From positions 1,632,001 through 1,696,000 of the forward strand of contig OZ243938.1 of NCBI GenBank assembly GCA_965214095.1: DNA of 64,000 nt, in the 5' to 3' direction. Positions 50,403 through 60,490 of this stretch are shown piece by piece. The position numbers and the translations under genes are program-made. Position 1 is the first letter of the stretch; every line of letters begins with the position of its first letter. This stretch comes from Candidatus Poribacteria bacterium. GTDB taxonomy: Bacteria; Poribacteria; WGA-4E; WGA-3G. The notes beneath the pieces were generated by a model. That model was not told the origin of the DNA. It was given only the letters and a program-made list of their open reading frames with translations, and ran no database searches.

Positions 50403-51644
50403 ATGCAGATAACACAAGGCGTTAGTGTCGGATTAGCAGCACTCAGTCGTAACAAATTACGTTCTGTCCTCACAACGTTGGGAATAATCATCGGTATTGC
50501 AGCAGTCGTTGCAGTCGTTTCTGTGGGTGGTGGCGCAGAACACCTTGTCCTCATAGAAATGGAACGGATAGGTGGAGCGGGGATGATCGTCTGCTTCCGA
50601 AAAGACCATATTCGCAGAGATGATGGTTCGTATATTCAAAACAAACATCCAGAATATATTGAATACAACGACCTTGCTTTCATACTTGAAACGTGTCCAT
50701 CCATAAAAACTGCAACAGCACAATCCGGGATGCATCTCCGTGTATCACACAGATACAACAATCGCTCACTACAGGTTCACGGTGTTACCCCTTCCTTTCA
50801 AGAAGTCAACAACTGGTACGCTGAAAGAGGTAGGTTCTTTACTGAAAACGACATGGAACTGCGAGACACTATCTGTGTGATTGGATCTGAAGTCCAAAAA
50901 GAACTATTTGATATGTCGGATCCGATAGGACAAGAATTAAGAGTTGGATCAGGACGATTCACCGTTATTGGTGTCATGGAGGAAAAAGGCAATAATATGG
51001 CAACTGAGGGATGGGATAATCGTGTGATTATACCCCTCACGACTATGAAAACCCGTTTTGTTGGTGATAGAAAAGGATGGCTTATATTATTTGCACAGGC
51101 GATTAGTTATGAAAAAGTTGAACAAGCAATCGCTGAAATCAAAATCGCCTTCAGACAACAACACGGTGATGAGAAATACTTCGATTTTTTCTCTGCAAAG
51201 CAAGTAATAGAACAAGTAGGGAATGTTAGTCGTATAATTCAGGTTCTTCTCGGTGCAGTTGCCAGTATCGCTCTATTTGTCGGTGGGATCGGCATTATGA
51301 ATATTATGCTGGTGTCGGTTACGGAGAGAACACGTGAAATCGGTTTACGGAAAGCCATCGGTGCAAGACGCACAGATATTCTTATTCAATTCTTGATTGA
51401 GGCGGTCGTCCTAAGCATCTGTGGTGGGTTGATAGGTATTTTTATTGGGAGTGGACTTGCAACAGGTTCAGGGTGGGTCATCTCTAAATTTGTGATTAAA
51501 GATGCGGCTTGGCCTGCAGTCGTGTCTATTCAGGCAGCGTTGATTGCGTTTGGTGTTTCAGCTTTCATCGGTGTGTTTTTTGGTATCTATCCAGCAAACA
51601 AAGCCGCAGGTCTCATGCCAACTGAAGCATTGCGTCATGATTAA
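50403..51644 (+). CDS. MacB/FtsX-type ABC transporter permease
   Basis: NKLRSVLTTLGIIIG, GGIGIMNIMLVSVTERTREIGLRKAIGA, YPANKAA. Confidence 0.93.
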   Translation: MQITQGVSVGLAALSRNKLRSVLTTLGIIIGIAAVVAVVSVGGGAEHLVLIEMERIGGAGMIVCFRKDHIRRDDGSYIQNKHPEYIEYNDLAFILETCPSIKTATAQSGMHLRVSHRYNNRSLQVHGVTPSFQEVNNWYAERGRFFTENDMELRDTICVIGSEVQKELFDMSDPIGQELRVGSGRFTVIGVMEEKGNNMATEGWDNRVIIPLTTMKTRFVGDRKGWLILFAQAISYEKVEQAIAEIKIAFRQQHGDEKYFDFFSAKQVIEQVGNVSRIIQVLLGAVASIALFVGGIGIMNIMLVSVTERTREIGLRKAIGARRTDILIQFLIEAVVLSICGGLIGIFIGSGLATGSGWVISKFVIKDAAWPAVVSIQAALIAFGVSAFIGVFFGIYPANKAAGLMPTEALRHD

Positions 51645-51665
51645 AGAAGGAACCAGAGTAGACAA

Positions 51666-52901
51666 CTACAGATACGGCACAAGCACGTCATCCACAGAAC
51701 GCGTATTTGGAAACCAACCGACAATCTTCCGCAACACTTCATCAAGTAAAATATCCGGACAAGATGCACCAGCAGTCAAAACGATGTCAACCGATTTGCC
51801 ATCAGGACGGTCAGTCGGCAGCCAATCCTCAGTAACATTCACCTCTTTTGTTTCAAGTGATAAATGTCTGATTTTACTCGGACTGAGCAACTCATCTGCA
51901 TCTCTGACAAAAAAGGTTGGTAACTTATGTTCACAGAGTTCTACCAGATGACTTGTATTTGAAGAATTATATCCACCCACAACGACTGCTACATCACCAC
52001 CTTCAGCAATAAGTGCGAGTGTCGCGTCCTGATTTTCTTTTGTGGCATAGCAGAGGGTATCTTTCGTATCAGCAAAATGTTCAGAAAGATTCTCCGCTCC
52101 GTATCTTGTACCAACTGCTTCCCGCAATAAATCAGCAATAGTTTGTGTCTCTGTAGCTAACATCGTGGTCTGGTTGACAACACCGATGCGTTTGAGATGG
52201 ACATCTGGATGGAAACCATCTGAATAACGATCAGCGAATTTTTCAAAGAAAAAGTCAGCATCTGCTTCACCGCGAATCACTTTTGCAAGATCTTCTGCTT
52301 CCGCGAGGTCACGGACAACAACGACAGGTGCTTCTGCTTGTGCATGCGAAAATGTAGCACGAGTCTCCTCATGATACCGCTTGCCATGCACAACAACGGT
52401 GTAATCTTGCTTTCCAATCTCTTGGCTCCGCTTCCATACCTTTTCAACAAACGGACACGTTGTATTATAGGATGAAAGTGTCACACCCCGATCATTAAGT
52501 TCCTGCTCAACTTCCAACGTCGTGCCGAAGGCAGGAACAATAACAACATCATTAGGCACTAACACATCAAACGGTAGCAACGGTTTACCTTCAGTATCTG
52601 AAAGAAACTGCACGCCGTGATGTCTTAAATTGTCGTTGACGCGGGGATTGTGGATTATCTCTGATAGTAGGAAAATTCGCTTGTTTGGATTCTCCTCAAG
52701 TGCACGATATGCTATTTCAACAGCATTTTCAACACCATAACAGAATCCGAAGTGGCGTGCGATCTTAAATCGGACAGGTCCAAAATCTAATACGGAGGGA
52801 GATAAGTCTCGTTTACGTGTATCCATATTCCGCCGCGATGCCTTAACGGTGGAAATAACAGGACTTTCATAAAAGCGGGGTATATTAAATGTACGTGGCA
52901 T
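51666..52901 (-). CDS. ispH: 4-hydroxy-3-methylbut-2-enyl diphosphate reductase
   Basis: FGFCYGV, IIHNP, TTCPFV, NQTT, DTLCYAT, VGGYNSSNT, TAGASCP. Confidence 0.95.
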   Translation of the reverse strand: MPRTFNIPRFYESPVISTVKASRRNMDTRKRDLSPSVLDFGPVRFKIARHFGFCYGVENAVEIAYRALEENPNKRIFLLSEIIHNPRVNDNLRHHGVQFLSDTEGKPLLPFDVLVPNDVVIVPAFGTTLEVEQELNDRGVTLSSYNTTCPFVEKVWKRSQEIGKQDYTVVVHGKRYHEETRATFSHAQAEAPVVVVRDLAEAEDLAKVIRGEADADFFFEKFADRYSDGFHPDVHLKRIGVVNQTTMLATETQTIADLLREAVGTRYGAENLSEHFADTKDTLCYATKENQDATLALIAEGGDVAVVVGGYNSSNTSHLVELCEHKLPTFFVRDADELLSPSKIRHLSLETKEVNVTEDWLPTDRPDGKSVDIVLTAGASCPDILLDEVLRKIVGWFPNTRSVDDVLVPYL

Positions 52902-52925
52902 CTTTCAAAATGTATGTTGTCTTCG

Positions 52926-53060
52926 TTATGCACTGAGAACTTTTCTACCCTTTGCCCTACGACGTGCAAGTATCTTTCTTCCATCACGGGTAGACATACG
53001 TTTCCGAAATCCGAGTTTGTTTTTTCTTTTCCGCCTATGTGGCTGATACGTACGTTTCAT
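52926..53060 (-). CDS. rpmH: 50S ribosomal protein L34 (absent from the ORF track)
   Basis: Manual translation: [44 protein letters not shown]. Confidence 0.97.
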   Translation of the reverse strand: MKRTYQPHRRKRKNKLGFRKRMSTRDGRKILARRRAKGRKVLSA

Positions 53061-53322
53061 AACAATTCCTTTCTATTTCTTACCATAAAATACGTGCAGT
53101 TTTCGCTTTTCTACAATAAAAAGGATACACGATTTTTGCCAAATTGTCAAATCTTTCTGTTGATTAGCAAGCTAATCTCTCTTGATGTCAAGATATAGTT
53201 CAGATTGATAAGAAATCAGAACATATACAAACGGAAATAGTGTTAACTTAATTCAGTGGTATATCGTTAAATAATTGTGAAATTATCATATTGAAATTCA
53301 ATATTTATGACAGGAGAAAAAC

Positions 53323-53779
53323 ATGGATCAAGCAAAAAGAGACGTACTCATTGAAGAATTGACAAAAGTATATTGGATGGAATTGGAAGCGACAATTAAT
53401 TATCTTGCGATATCTGTTGATTTAGATGGCATACGTGCTGAAGAGATTAAGAAGTCTTTGGCAGCAGATATTCAAACAGAAATAACACATGCACAAGATT
53501 TGGCATCCCGTATTAAGGAAATCGGTGGAAATGTTCCCGGTTCGTTTGCGTTTAAAGCAGTTCAGACTTCGTTACAACCACCTGAAAATACGACTGATGT
53601 CCGTTGCTGCTATTAAAGGCGTTATTGAAGCAGAGAACGATGCAATTGATCAGTATAATAAGATCATTCGCTTGTGTGATGGTGATGATTATGTGACACA
53701 AGATCTTTGCATCAGACTTCTTGCAGATGAAGAGACGCACCGCAGAGAATTCAGAGGGTTTCTCAAGGAATACGAATAG
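53323..53779 (+). pseudogene. Ferritin-like (Dps/rubrerythrin-type) gene with a single-base frameshift near 53600
   Basis: Frame 1 ELEATINY..EITHA..QPPENTTDV; frame 2 VAAIKGVIEAENDAI..LADEETH. An extra C sits in GATGTCCGTT. Confidence 0.8.
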
Positions 53780-53804
53780 ACTATAATCTTTCAATGATAG
53801 ATAC

Positions 53805-53844
53805 AAGAACGAACAACTGACTACATGTCAATTGTTCGTTCTTT
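53805..53844. terminator. Probable bidirectional terminator
   Basis: AAGAACGAACAA..TTGTTCGTTCTTT between convergent genes. Confidence 0.65.
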
Positions 53845-53867
53845 GTTGTATGGTATGACGAAAACAA

Positions 53868-54506
53868 TTACTGCTTTTTAAGAACCATTATGTTTTCATC
53901 TGAACCTGTAGCTTCAAGTGTAAGGGTTTCACCCTCAATTGTGATTCGGGTTTTGGCAAAGGGTTTGAACACATGTGTGTTGAATTTCTCAAGTATCTCA
54001 TTTTTTGCCACTACCACATTTACCTCAAAGAAAGTCTCAAAGAAATCTTCAGGAATAGATTTAATACCCACATCTGTTTCTGCCTTGACTAATGATAGGA
54101 CATCATCATCAAAACTATATGTTCCTGTCCAAACACCCGCTAATTCAATCTTTCCTGCTTTCTCAGGATCATTTCTATTTGGATCTTCAGGAAATTCTAC
54201 CATTTCAAATTTCAGATTTAGAGTCCACTTATTATCTTCAGCAAACTCAAAATAATAGGTCTCGGTATTTATTTTCGGTCTGTCCTCTTCATCAGGTTCA
54301 TCTGCATTGACAAACGCTAAGGGATCTTCGTCATTGATTGAAATGACCTCCCAAGAAGCAATAAACCCTTCAGGTGGTAACGTTGGTTCAGTCGTAGTTG
54401 GTTTAGTTGTTGGTTCCACAGGTTTTTCCTCATCACTACCGCAGCCGAACATACCGAATAATATCAAGCAAACAAGTAGTGTTGAGATAGAAAAAAGTTT
54501 CTTCAT
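53868..54506 (-). CDS. Lipoprotein, hypothetical (lipocalin-like beta barrel possible)
   Basis: Lipobox MFGC; Pro/Thr linker; WTGTY motif. Confidence 0.65.
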   Translation of the reverse strand: MKKLFSISTLLVCLILFGMFGCGSDEEKPVEPTTKPTTTEPTLPPEGFIASWEVISINDEDPLAFVNADEPDEEDRPKINTETYYFEFAEDNKWTLNLKFEMVEFPEDPNRNDPEKAGKIELAGVWTGTYSFDDDVLSLVKAETDVGIKSIPEDFFETFFEVNVVVAKNEILEKFNTHVFKPFAKTRITIEGETLTLEATGSDENIMVLKKQ

Positions 54507-54719
54507 TATTTTCCTTTATGTTGAGTAGATTAGTTTTGTACTTATGTATTTATAAACGTGAATATGTTTTGTGTGTTTACTTAAATTGCCACGCCGGTTC
54601 TACTTATATCGTAATTGGATTGTGAAAAGAAATTGCGTATCAGACTTGATATATAGTATAATTGCAATAAGTATATTTACCATATATATTACACATCATG
54701 TAAGTAGAGAAGGATAAAT

Positions 54720-55982
54720 ATGAACGATAACATTCAGCACATGATCCAGTCAAAAGCACGAAAAGCAAAAGCAGCGATGCGTATTCTATCTCGGAGTTCA
54801 GCAGATATCCGAAACAACGCACTCTTAGCAATGTCGGAAAACATACTAAAAGCGAAAGATGATATTCAGGAAGTTAACCGATATGATCTTGAAAACGGTG
54901 AGAAAACAGGATTAGAGAAACCATTAATGCAGCGTCTCCTTCTTGACGACGGAAAAATTGCACGTATGGCAGACAACTTACGGCAAGTTGCTGCACTACC
55001 TGACCCAATCGGTGAAGTAATTAGCATGGGGGAACGTCCTAATGGACTTAAAATCGGTAGAGTACGTGTTCCGATAGGTGTCGTTGGTGTTGTGTACGAA
55101 TCTCGTCCAGACGTGACCGTTGAGGTATCAGCACTCTGTATCAAATCTGGCAACGGTGTTATTTTACGGGGTGGTTCAGAGGCAATTCATTCCAATAATA
55201 TACTTGCAAGTATCCTCAGCGATACGGCTGCCAAAGAAGGTGTGCCTGATGCTATCCAATTCGTTGACACCATTGATAGACAAGCCGTCTATGAACTTAT
55301 ACGTCTACCTGAATATATCGATCTGGTAATTCCACGCGGCAGTAACGAATTCGTCCAGAAGTTGATGCGGGAATCTGATATTCCTGTGCTTGGACATGCA
55401 GATGGTATTTGTCATATCTATGTTGACGAAGCAGCGGACCTTGAGATGGCATCTAAGATTTGCATAAACGCAAAAGTCGGGTATAAAGTCGCTGTTTGTA
55501 ATGCTTTAGAGACATTACTTGTTCATACTGATGTTGCGGACACGTTTCTCCCTGCTTTCTGTGAGTCATTGCAAGAGCAAAATGTAGAAGTTCGTGGATG
55601 CAAGAAGACGCAACAGATTGTCTCCACTGCTAAACCTGCAACTGAAGAAGATTGGAAAACAGAATATCTTGATTATATCCTCTCTATTCGCGTGGTAGAT
55701 GATATTGACACTGCGATTGACCATATTGAAACTTACGGTTCACATCATTCCGATGCGATTATCACAGAAAGTTATAGTGCATCGCAACGTTTTCTCAAAG
55801 AGGTAGATTCGGCTGCGGTTTATGTCAATGCAAGTACCGTCTTTACGGATGGTTATGAATTTGGGTTGGGTGCTGAGGTAGGAATTAGCACACAAAAACT
55901 TCATTCTCGTGGTCCGATGGGTCTTGAAGGTTTGACGAGTTATAAGTATATAATCTATGGGGATGGTCAGGTACGTGAGTAG
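54720..55982 (+). CDS. proA: Gamma-glutamyl phosphate reductase
   Basis: VPIGVVGVVYESRP, LRGGSEA, CNALETLL, GAEVGISTQKLHSRGPMGL. Confidence 0.97.
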   Translation: MNDNIQHMIQSKARKAKAAMRILSRSSADIRNNALLAMSENILKAKDDIQEVNRYDLENGEKTGLEKPLMQRLLLDDGKIARMADNLRQVAALPDPIGEVISMGERPNGLKIGRVRVPIGVVGVVYESRPDVTVEVSALCIKSGNGVILRGGSEAIHSNNILASILSDTAAKEGVPDAIQFVDTIDRQAVYELIRLPEYIDLVIPRGSNEFVQKLMRESDIPVLGHADGICHIYVDEAADLEMASKICINAKVGYKVAVCNALETLLVHTDVADTFLPAFCESLQEQNVEVRGCKKTQQIVSTAKPATEEDWKTEYLDYILSIRVVDDIDTAIDHIETYGSHHSDAIITESYSASQRFLKEVDSAAVYVNASTVFTDGYEFGLGAEVGISTQKLHSRGPMGLEGLTSYKYIIYGDGQVRE

Positions 55983-56015
55983 ATAGAGTCAAATTAAGAC
56001 ATATTTTGCGCCCTA

Positions 56016-56285
56016 TTGTTAATAGGACTACACAACTGTAGTAAGATAATCTTGGAACTAATGCAAGAATCTAAGTTTTACCAACGCCAAAGCGAGAAAA
56101 TCATCAGGGAAACTACCATTAAACACATTTTGGCAGTGCTCAACACAAAATATTCTGCTGATATTGTGAGTGCTATAACGCCTATGATTCAAAACATCAA
56201 CGATTTGCAACGACTTGACGATTTACATACGGCCGCAGCAAAGGCACAGAACATTGAGACATTTACGCAAATGTTGAATAAATAG
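56016..56285 (+). pseudogene. C-terminal fragment of an Rpn/DUF4351-like protein
   Basis: LMQESKFYQ...IQNINDLQRLDDLHTAA resembles Rpn-family C-termini; no good start or RBS. Confidence 0.45.
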
Positions 56286-56340
56286 AAACACAGGAGAGTG
56301 AGCATAAGATAAATTGTGAGGACTAATGCTTTTAAACATA

Positions 56341-57189
56341 CTACCGTCGTCGCTTCCGTCTCTTTGAACGCGGTGTTTCTTTCTCTGGTTCAGGTATTTG
56401 CATTTCAGATTCCGCCGCGACCCTTGGACGGTTATGCATCCACACAGTAAAGAAAATCCCAAAACAGATGAGGAGAATACTCACAACTTGCGGGGATGTC
56501 AACCAATGTAAAGAGGATGTCTCTGGAAATACGCGCGGTGTCAATCGCCAAAATTCTACGAAAAACCTTTCCACGCCAATCAAAATAAGACTCACACCAA
56601 AAACGAACCCTGGGATTGATACGTATTTTTTTCGTTGCGACCAGATGACTGCAAAGAAGGTGACTGATAGTAACGTTTCATAAATAGGTGTTGGGTGAAC
56701 TGGGACATTCGTTGGTACAGTGCCGTTTGGAAATGCCATTGCCCACGGTAAGTCGGTAGGCGGTCCGTAGTCTCCATCTCCTGCAAGCAGACATCCAATT
56801 CTACCGATGCCATATCCAAGCAGTAGTAGGGGACCGAGCACATCAACAGTCGGGAGGAAAGGGTTAGGCGAACGATGTATAATCCAACTGACAGCAGCAC
56901 TGCCACCAATCAAACCACCATACCAAACCAACCCACTCGGCGAAAAGATTTCGTCCACCTCTATCTTACCATCAAGGAAAATAAAGTAGATTTTCGCGCC
57001 GACAATCCCGCCAATAGCACCTGCGACAATAATCGTTGTGGCTACATCTCCTTCATAGCCTCTCCTGTTTAATTCATGCTTTAATATGATGCTACACGTA
57101 ATGAATGCAGTGGCTAACATAACACCATAACTATGAATACCGAGGGGGAAAGAAAATATCGTGCCAAAATCAATTAGCGTCGGATACAT
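56341..57189 (-). CDS. lgt: Prolipoprotein diacylglyceryl transferase
   Basis: SYGVM, GLVWYGGLIGG, GRIGC, HPTPIYE, RFFVEFWR. Confidence 0.92.
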   Translation of the reverse strand: MYPTLIDFGTIFSFPLGIHSYGVMLATAFITCSIILKHELNRRGYEGDVATTIIVAGAIGGIVGAKIYFIFLDGKIEVDEIFSPSGLVWYGGLIGGSAAVSWIIHRSPNPFLPTVDVLGPLLLLGYGIGRIGCLLAGDGDYGPPTDLPWAMAFPNGTVPTNVPVHPTPIYETLLSVTFFAVIWSQRKKYVSIPGFVFGVSLILIGVERFFVEFWRLTPRVFPETSSLHWLTSPQVVSILLICFGIFFTVWMHNRPRVAAESEMQIPEPEKETPRSKRRKRRR

Positions 57190-57195
57190 ATTTTT

Positions 57196-57900
57196 TCATT
57201 CTCCAAGGTATGCTTGTCGGACACGTTCGTCAGCCAAAAGATCGGTAGATGCACCTTCAATAGTAATTTCACCTGTCTCCATCACATAACCTCTATCTGT
57301 CAGATTTAACGCAAGTTGTGCGTTCTGTTCAACTAACAGAATCGTTGTTCCCTCTTCATTGATTTGTTGAAGTATTTCAAATATCTGTTTGATAATCAAT
57401 GGCGCAAGTCCTAATGAAGGTTCATCAAGGAGCAGCAGTCTCGGGTTTGACATCAGGGATCTACCGATGGCTAACATCTGCTGTTCACCACCACTCAGAC
57501 TACCGCCACGTTGTTTTCGTCGTTCTGCAAGCACAGGAAAATAACCAAAAATCTTGTCTAAATCGTTTCTTATTCCCCCAGAATCGTGCCTAATGTATGC
57601 ACCGAGTTCAAGGTTTTCAAGGACAGTCATTTCAGGGAAAATCAATCGTCCTTCAGGCACTTGCGAAATTCCATAAGTTACACGTTGTTCAGCGGAAGAT
57701 TTCGTAATATCCGATTCTTCAAATAGAATCTCCCCTTCAACAGGTGTGTAAACACCGGAAATTGTCATCAGGGTAGTAGATTTACCGGCACCGTTCGCGC
57801 CGATCATACATACCTTTTCGCCTTCGTTTACCTTAAGGGAAATACCGCGCACCGCACGGATATTTCCATAGTAAGTATGAATGTCATGCAGTTCAAGCAT
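57196..57900 (-). CDS. livF: Branched-chain amino acid ABC ATPase
   Basis: GANGAGKST, VPEGR, LSGGEQQMLAIGR, DEPSLGLAP, LVEQN. Confidence 0.92.
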   Translation of the reverse strand: MLELHDIHTYYGNIRAVRGISLKVNEGEKVCMIGANGAGKSTTLMTISGVYTPVEGEILFEESDITKSSAEQRVTYGISQVPEGRLIFPEMTVLENLELGAYIRHDSGGIRNDLDKIFGYFPVLAERRKQRGGSLSGGEQQMLAIGRSLMSNPRLLLLDEPSLGLAPLIIKQIFEILQQINEEGTTILLVEQNAQLALNLTDRGYVMETGEITIEGASTDLLADERVRQAYLGE

Positions 57901-58681
57901 CGTCAGATGTTCCTAAGTATGCGGCGATAACACGTTCATCATTCTGAACGACTGAAGGTTCACCATCGCTGATCTTTTCGCCATGATCCAGCACAGTGAC
58001 CCAATCTGATATTTGCATCACCAATTTCATATCGTGTTCAATTAGCAGCACAGAGATACCTTGTTCACGAATAGTATAGATTAAAGAAATAAGTTCTTGG
58101 GTTTCAAGCGGATTCATGCCTGCGGCAGGTTCATCAAGCAGAATTAGTAAAGGTTTGGTTGCTAATGCTCTTGCGATTTCAACACGACGTTGGTCACCAT
58201 AAGATAGATTTCCCGCTGTTTGGTCGCTAACATCCAATAATCCAACAAAGTTGAGCATCTCCTGAGCGTATTCAGTAATCTCTGACTCTTCTTTTTGTTG
58301 TCTCTTGGTGTGAAACACAGCCCCCATAAAATTGCTAACTGTCCGACAGTGTCGTCCGATTTTAACGTTGTCAAGCACCGTTAACTCTGTAAAAAGTCGT
58401 ATATTCTGAAATGTCCTTGCTATACCGAGTTCTGTGACTTCATCCGCACGTAATCCTGTGATCGGTTTCCCCAGAAAATTTGCGCGTCCCAACGTTGGTG
58501 TATCTAAACCGGTAACGCAATTGAAGAGCGTTGTTTTACCCGCACCATTAGGACCAATCAAACTGGAAATTTGACCAGGGTGAATTTCCATCGAAACTTC
58601 AGATAAGGCGATTACGCCACCATAGTGTCGACTCAACTCTTGTGTCTCAAGGATATTAATAGGTTTATCTGCCATCAACAT
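57893..58681 (-). CDS. livG: Branched-chain amino acid ABC ATPase
   Basis: GPNGAGKTT, ARTFQNIRLF, LSYGDQRRVEIARA, DEPAAG, IEHDM. Confidence 0.92.
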   Translation of the reverse strand: MLMADKPINILETQELSRHYGGVIALSEVSMEIHPGQISSLIGPNGAGKTTLFNCVTGLDTPTLGRANFLGKPITGLRADEVTELGIARTFQNIRLFTELTVLDNVKIGRHCRTVSNFMGAVFHTKRQQKEESEITEYAQEMLNFVGLLDVSDQTAGNLSYGDQRRVEIARALATKPLLILLDEPAAGMNPLETQELISLIYTIREQGISVLLIEHDMKLVMQISDWVTVLDHGEKISDGEPSVVQNDERVIAAYLGTSDDA

Positions 58682-58890
58682 CTCCTATTCTAAATCTTCT
58701 CCTCTATAGGATACCTTAAATAGTGATACGGTGTCAATTGTTTTCTATTGTAATATTCATCAATATGTGTTACAATTAATATGGTAATTATGATAATTGA
58801 AAGTTAATTGCACATATAGGATTTGTAGAAGGGAACTTCGATTCCTGACTGTCACTGAGTTAAATCGCAAAATTTGCCCTATTCCATCTC

Positions 58891-58960
58891 TATTTATAGT
58901 GAAGCATAGAATTATATCTACACTTTCTATCAACGGTAGGCGAGGTTTCCTAACCTCGCC
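58891..58960. repeat. Dispersed 70-bp repeat containing a GTAG REP
   Basis: Near-identical inverted copy of 35147-35218; GTAGGCGAGGTTTCCTAACCTCGCC. Confidence 0.75.
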
Positions 58961-59014
58961 GGTGCAGAGTGTTCAAGTAATTTCAAAATCTACTATAATG
59001 AGAGTTGCTTCAAT

Positions 59015-60010
59015 ATGCCGCATACCACCAAATCAGATGAAGAGAGAAATCGTGAATATTTGTTTGCACTTGCATCTGTTGATGGAATTGGTCCCGTTCG
59101 TATCAAATGTTTAATAGAACGATTTGGTAATGTAGAACAAATTTTTGAGGCAGAAATTGTTGAGATTGCACAATTACCTCAATTTAATCATACTTTAGCA
59201 TTACGGATACTTGCAATACCTAACAGACTCGGAGCATTACGTCAAAAATTAGACGAAATTGCAGATCAAGGCATATCCGTTCTCATTCCTGATGACACCG
59301 AATATCCTACACTCCTGAAGTCTGTACGAGACGCACCGACAGTGCTATGCAGAGTCGGCGAATTATCTGATATAGGTGAAAAGTGTGTAGCAATTGTGGG
59401 TACAAAACACCCAACGGCCGCGAGTATTGATGTAACACTTGGACTTACGATCCGTCTGGTTGAAGCAGGCTTTACCGTTGTAAGCGGGTTAGCAAATGGT
59501 ATAGATACGGCCGCACATAGTGGAACATTGGAAGCAGATGGAACGACTATCAGTGTGTTATCTACAGATTTGTCAACTATCTATCCACCTGAAAACTACA
59601 CTCTCGCGCGAGAAATATTTGAGACAGGATGCCTTTTCTCGGAACATCCTTTCCCCACGCAACCAACCCCGGCGAACCTTGTCCTACGTAACAGAATTAT
59701 CAGCGGTCTTTCTATGGCGACAGTAGTTGTAGAGACACCAAAGGATGGTGGAGCGATGCATACTGCACGCTACGCAGAATTACAAGATCGACCCGTTTTT
59801 GCTTGCAATTGGAGGACAGAAAATCAAAAGAGTGATGGAACACGCCATCTTATTAATAAGGGGGCATTCTCTTTCCTACCAGATCAACTTGATAAAGTCG
59901 TAGACATGTTAGGACACCCGGAAAATCTTCAAAATCATACACAGGAAACTACAGCAGAACAGATTGAACTCTTTAAGAACAAAGAAATTGAATCTCAGTC
60001 AAACTTATAA
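59015..60010 (+). CDS. dprA: DNA-processing protein DprA
   Basis: GIGPV, VAIVGT, VSGLANGIDTAAH, RNRIISGLS. Confidence 0.93.
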   Translation: MPHTTKSDEERNREYLFALASVDGIGPVRIKCLIERFGNVEQIFEAEIVEIAQLPQFNHTLALRILAIPNRLGALRQKLDEIADQGISVLIPDDTEYPTLLKSVRDAPTVLCRVGELSDIGEKCVAIVGTKHPTAASIDVTLGLTIRLVEAGFTVVSGLANGIDTAAHSGTLEADGTTISVLSTDLSTIYPPENYTLAREIFETGCLFSEHPFPTQPTPANLVLRNRIISGLSMATVVVETPKDGGAMHTARYAELQDRPVFACNWRTENQKSDGTRHLINKGAFSFLPDQLDKVVDMLGHPENLQNHTQETTAEQIELFKNKEIESQSNL

Positions 60011-60490
60011 AAAAATCAAAAAAATGTATCATTTTTTCTTGATACGTGTTATAATATATGCTAATCTTTAGCATATTTCAAATATTTAAAATTTCCACTT
60101 TACAAAAAAATACTCTTTTTGTATAATTGTTAGTGGAAAATCGATTTTTTTTTAACCTTTACAGATTTTGCAATTTTTGCTAAACTTAAAGGTAATCAGT
60201 TTGAGCGTTGACTTTCGGAACTGAAAATTGTCTATCCAATGGTAAAAATAGCAACAGTTCCGTAGAAGTTTTATTCTCAAAGCATCGTCTATCCTCTTAT
60301 ATAATTGAGGAGGACAACGAAATAGTCTGAAATTACTTGACTAAATATAGATATGATAGTTGGTTTCCAATACTTTCGTCAAAATAAACGAATAATAAAC
60401 TCGGAAACCTTGTTAATATGAAGTTTTTAACCCGTATCCATTTAGGATACATTATATTCTGATAAACCTTAATTAAGGAGTTACCTACTC

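Noticed and set aside
52787-53198. ORF-track calls 52787-52987 and 52914-53198
   Set aside because: They are shadows of rpmH and the ispH 5' end.
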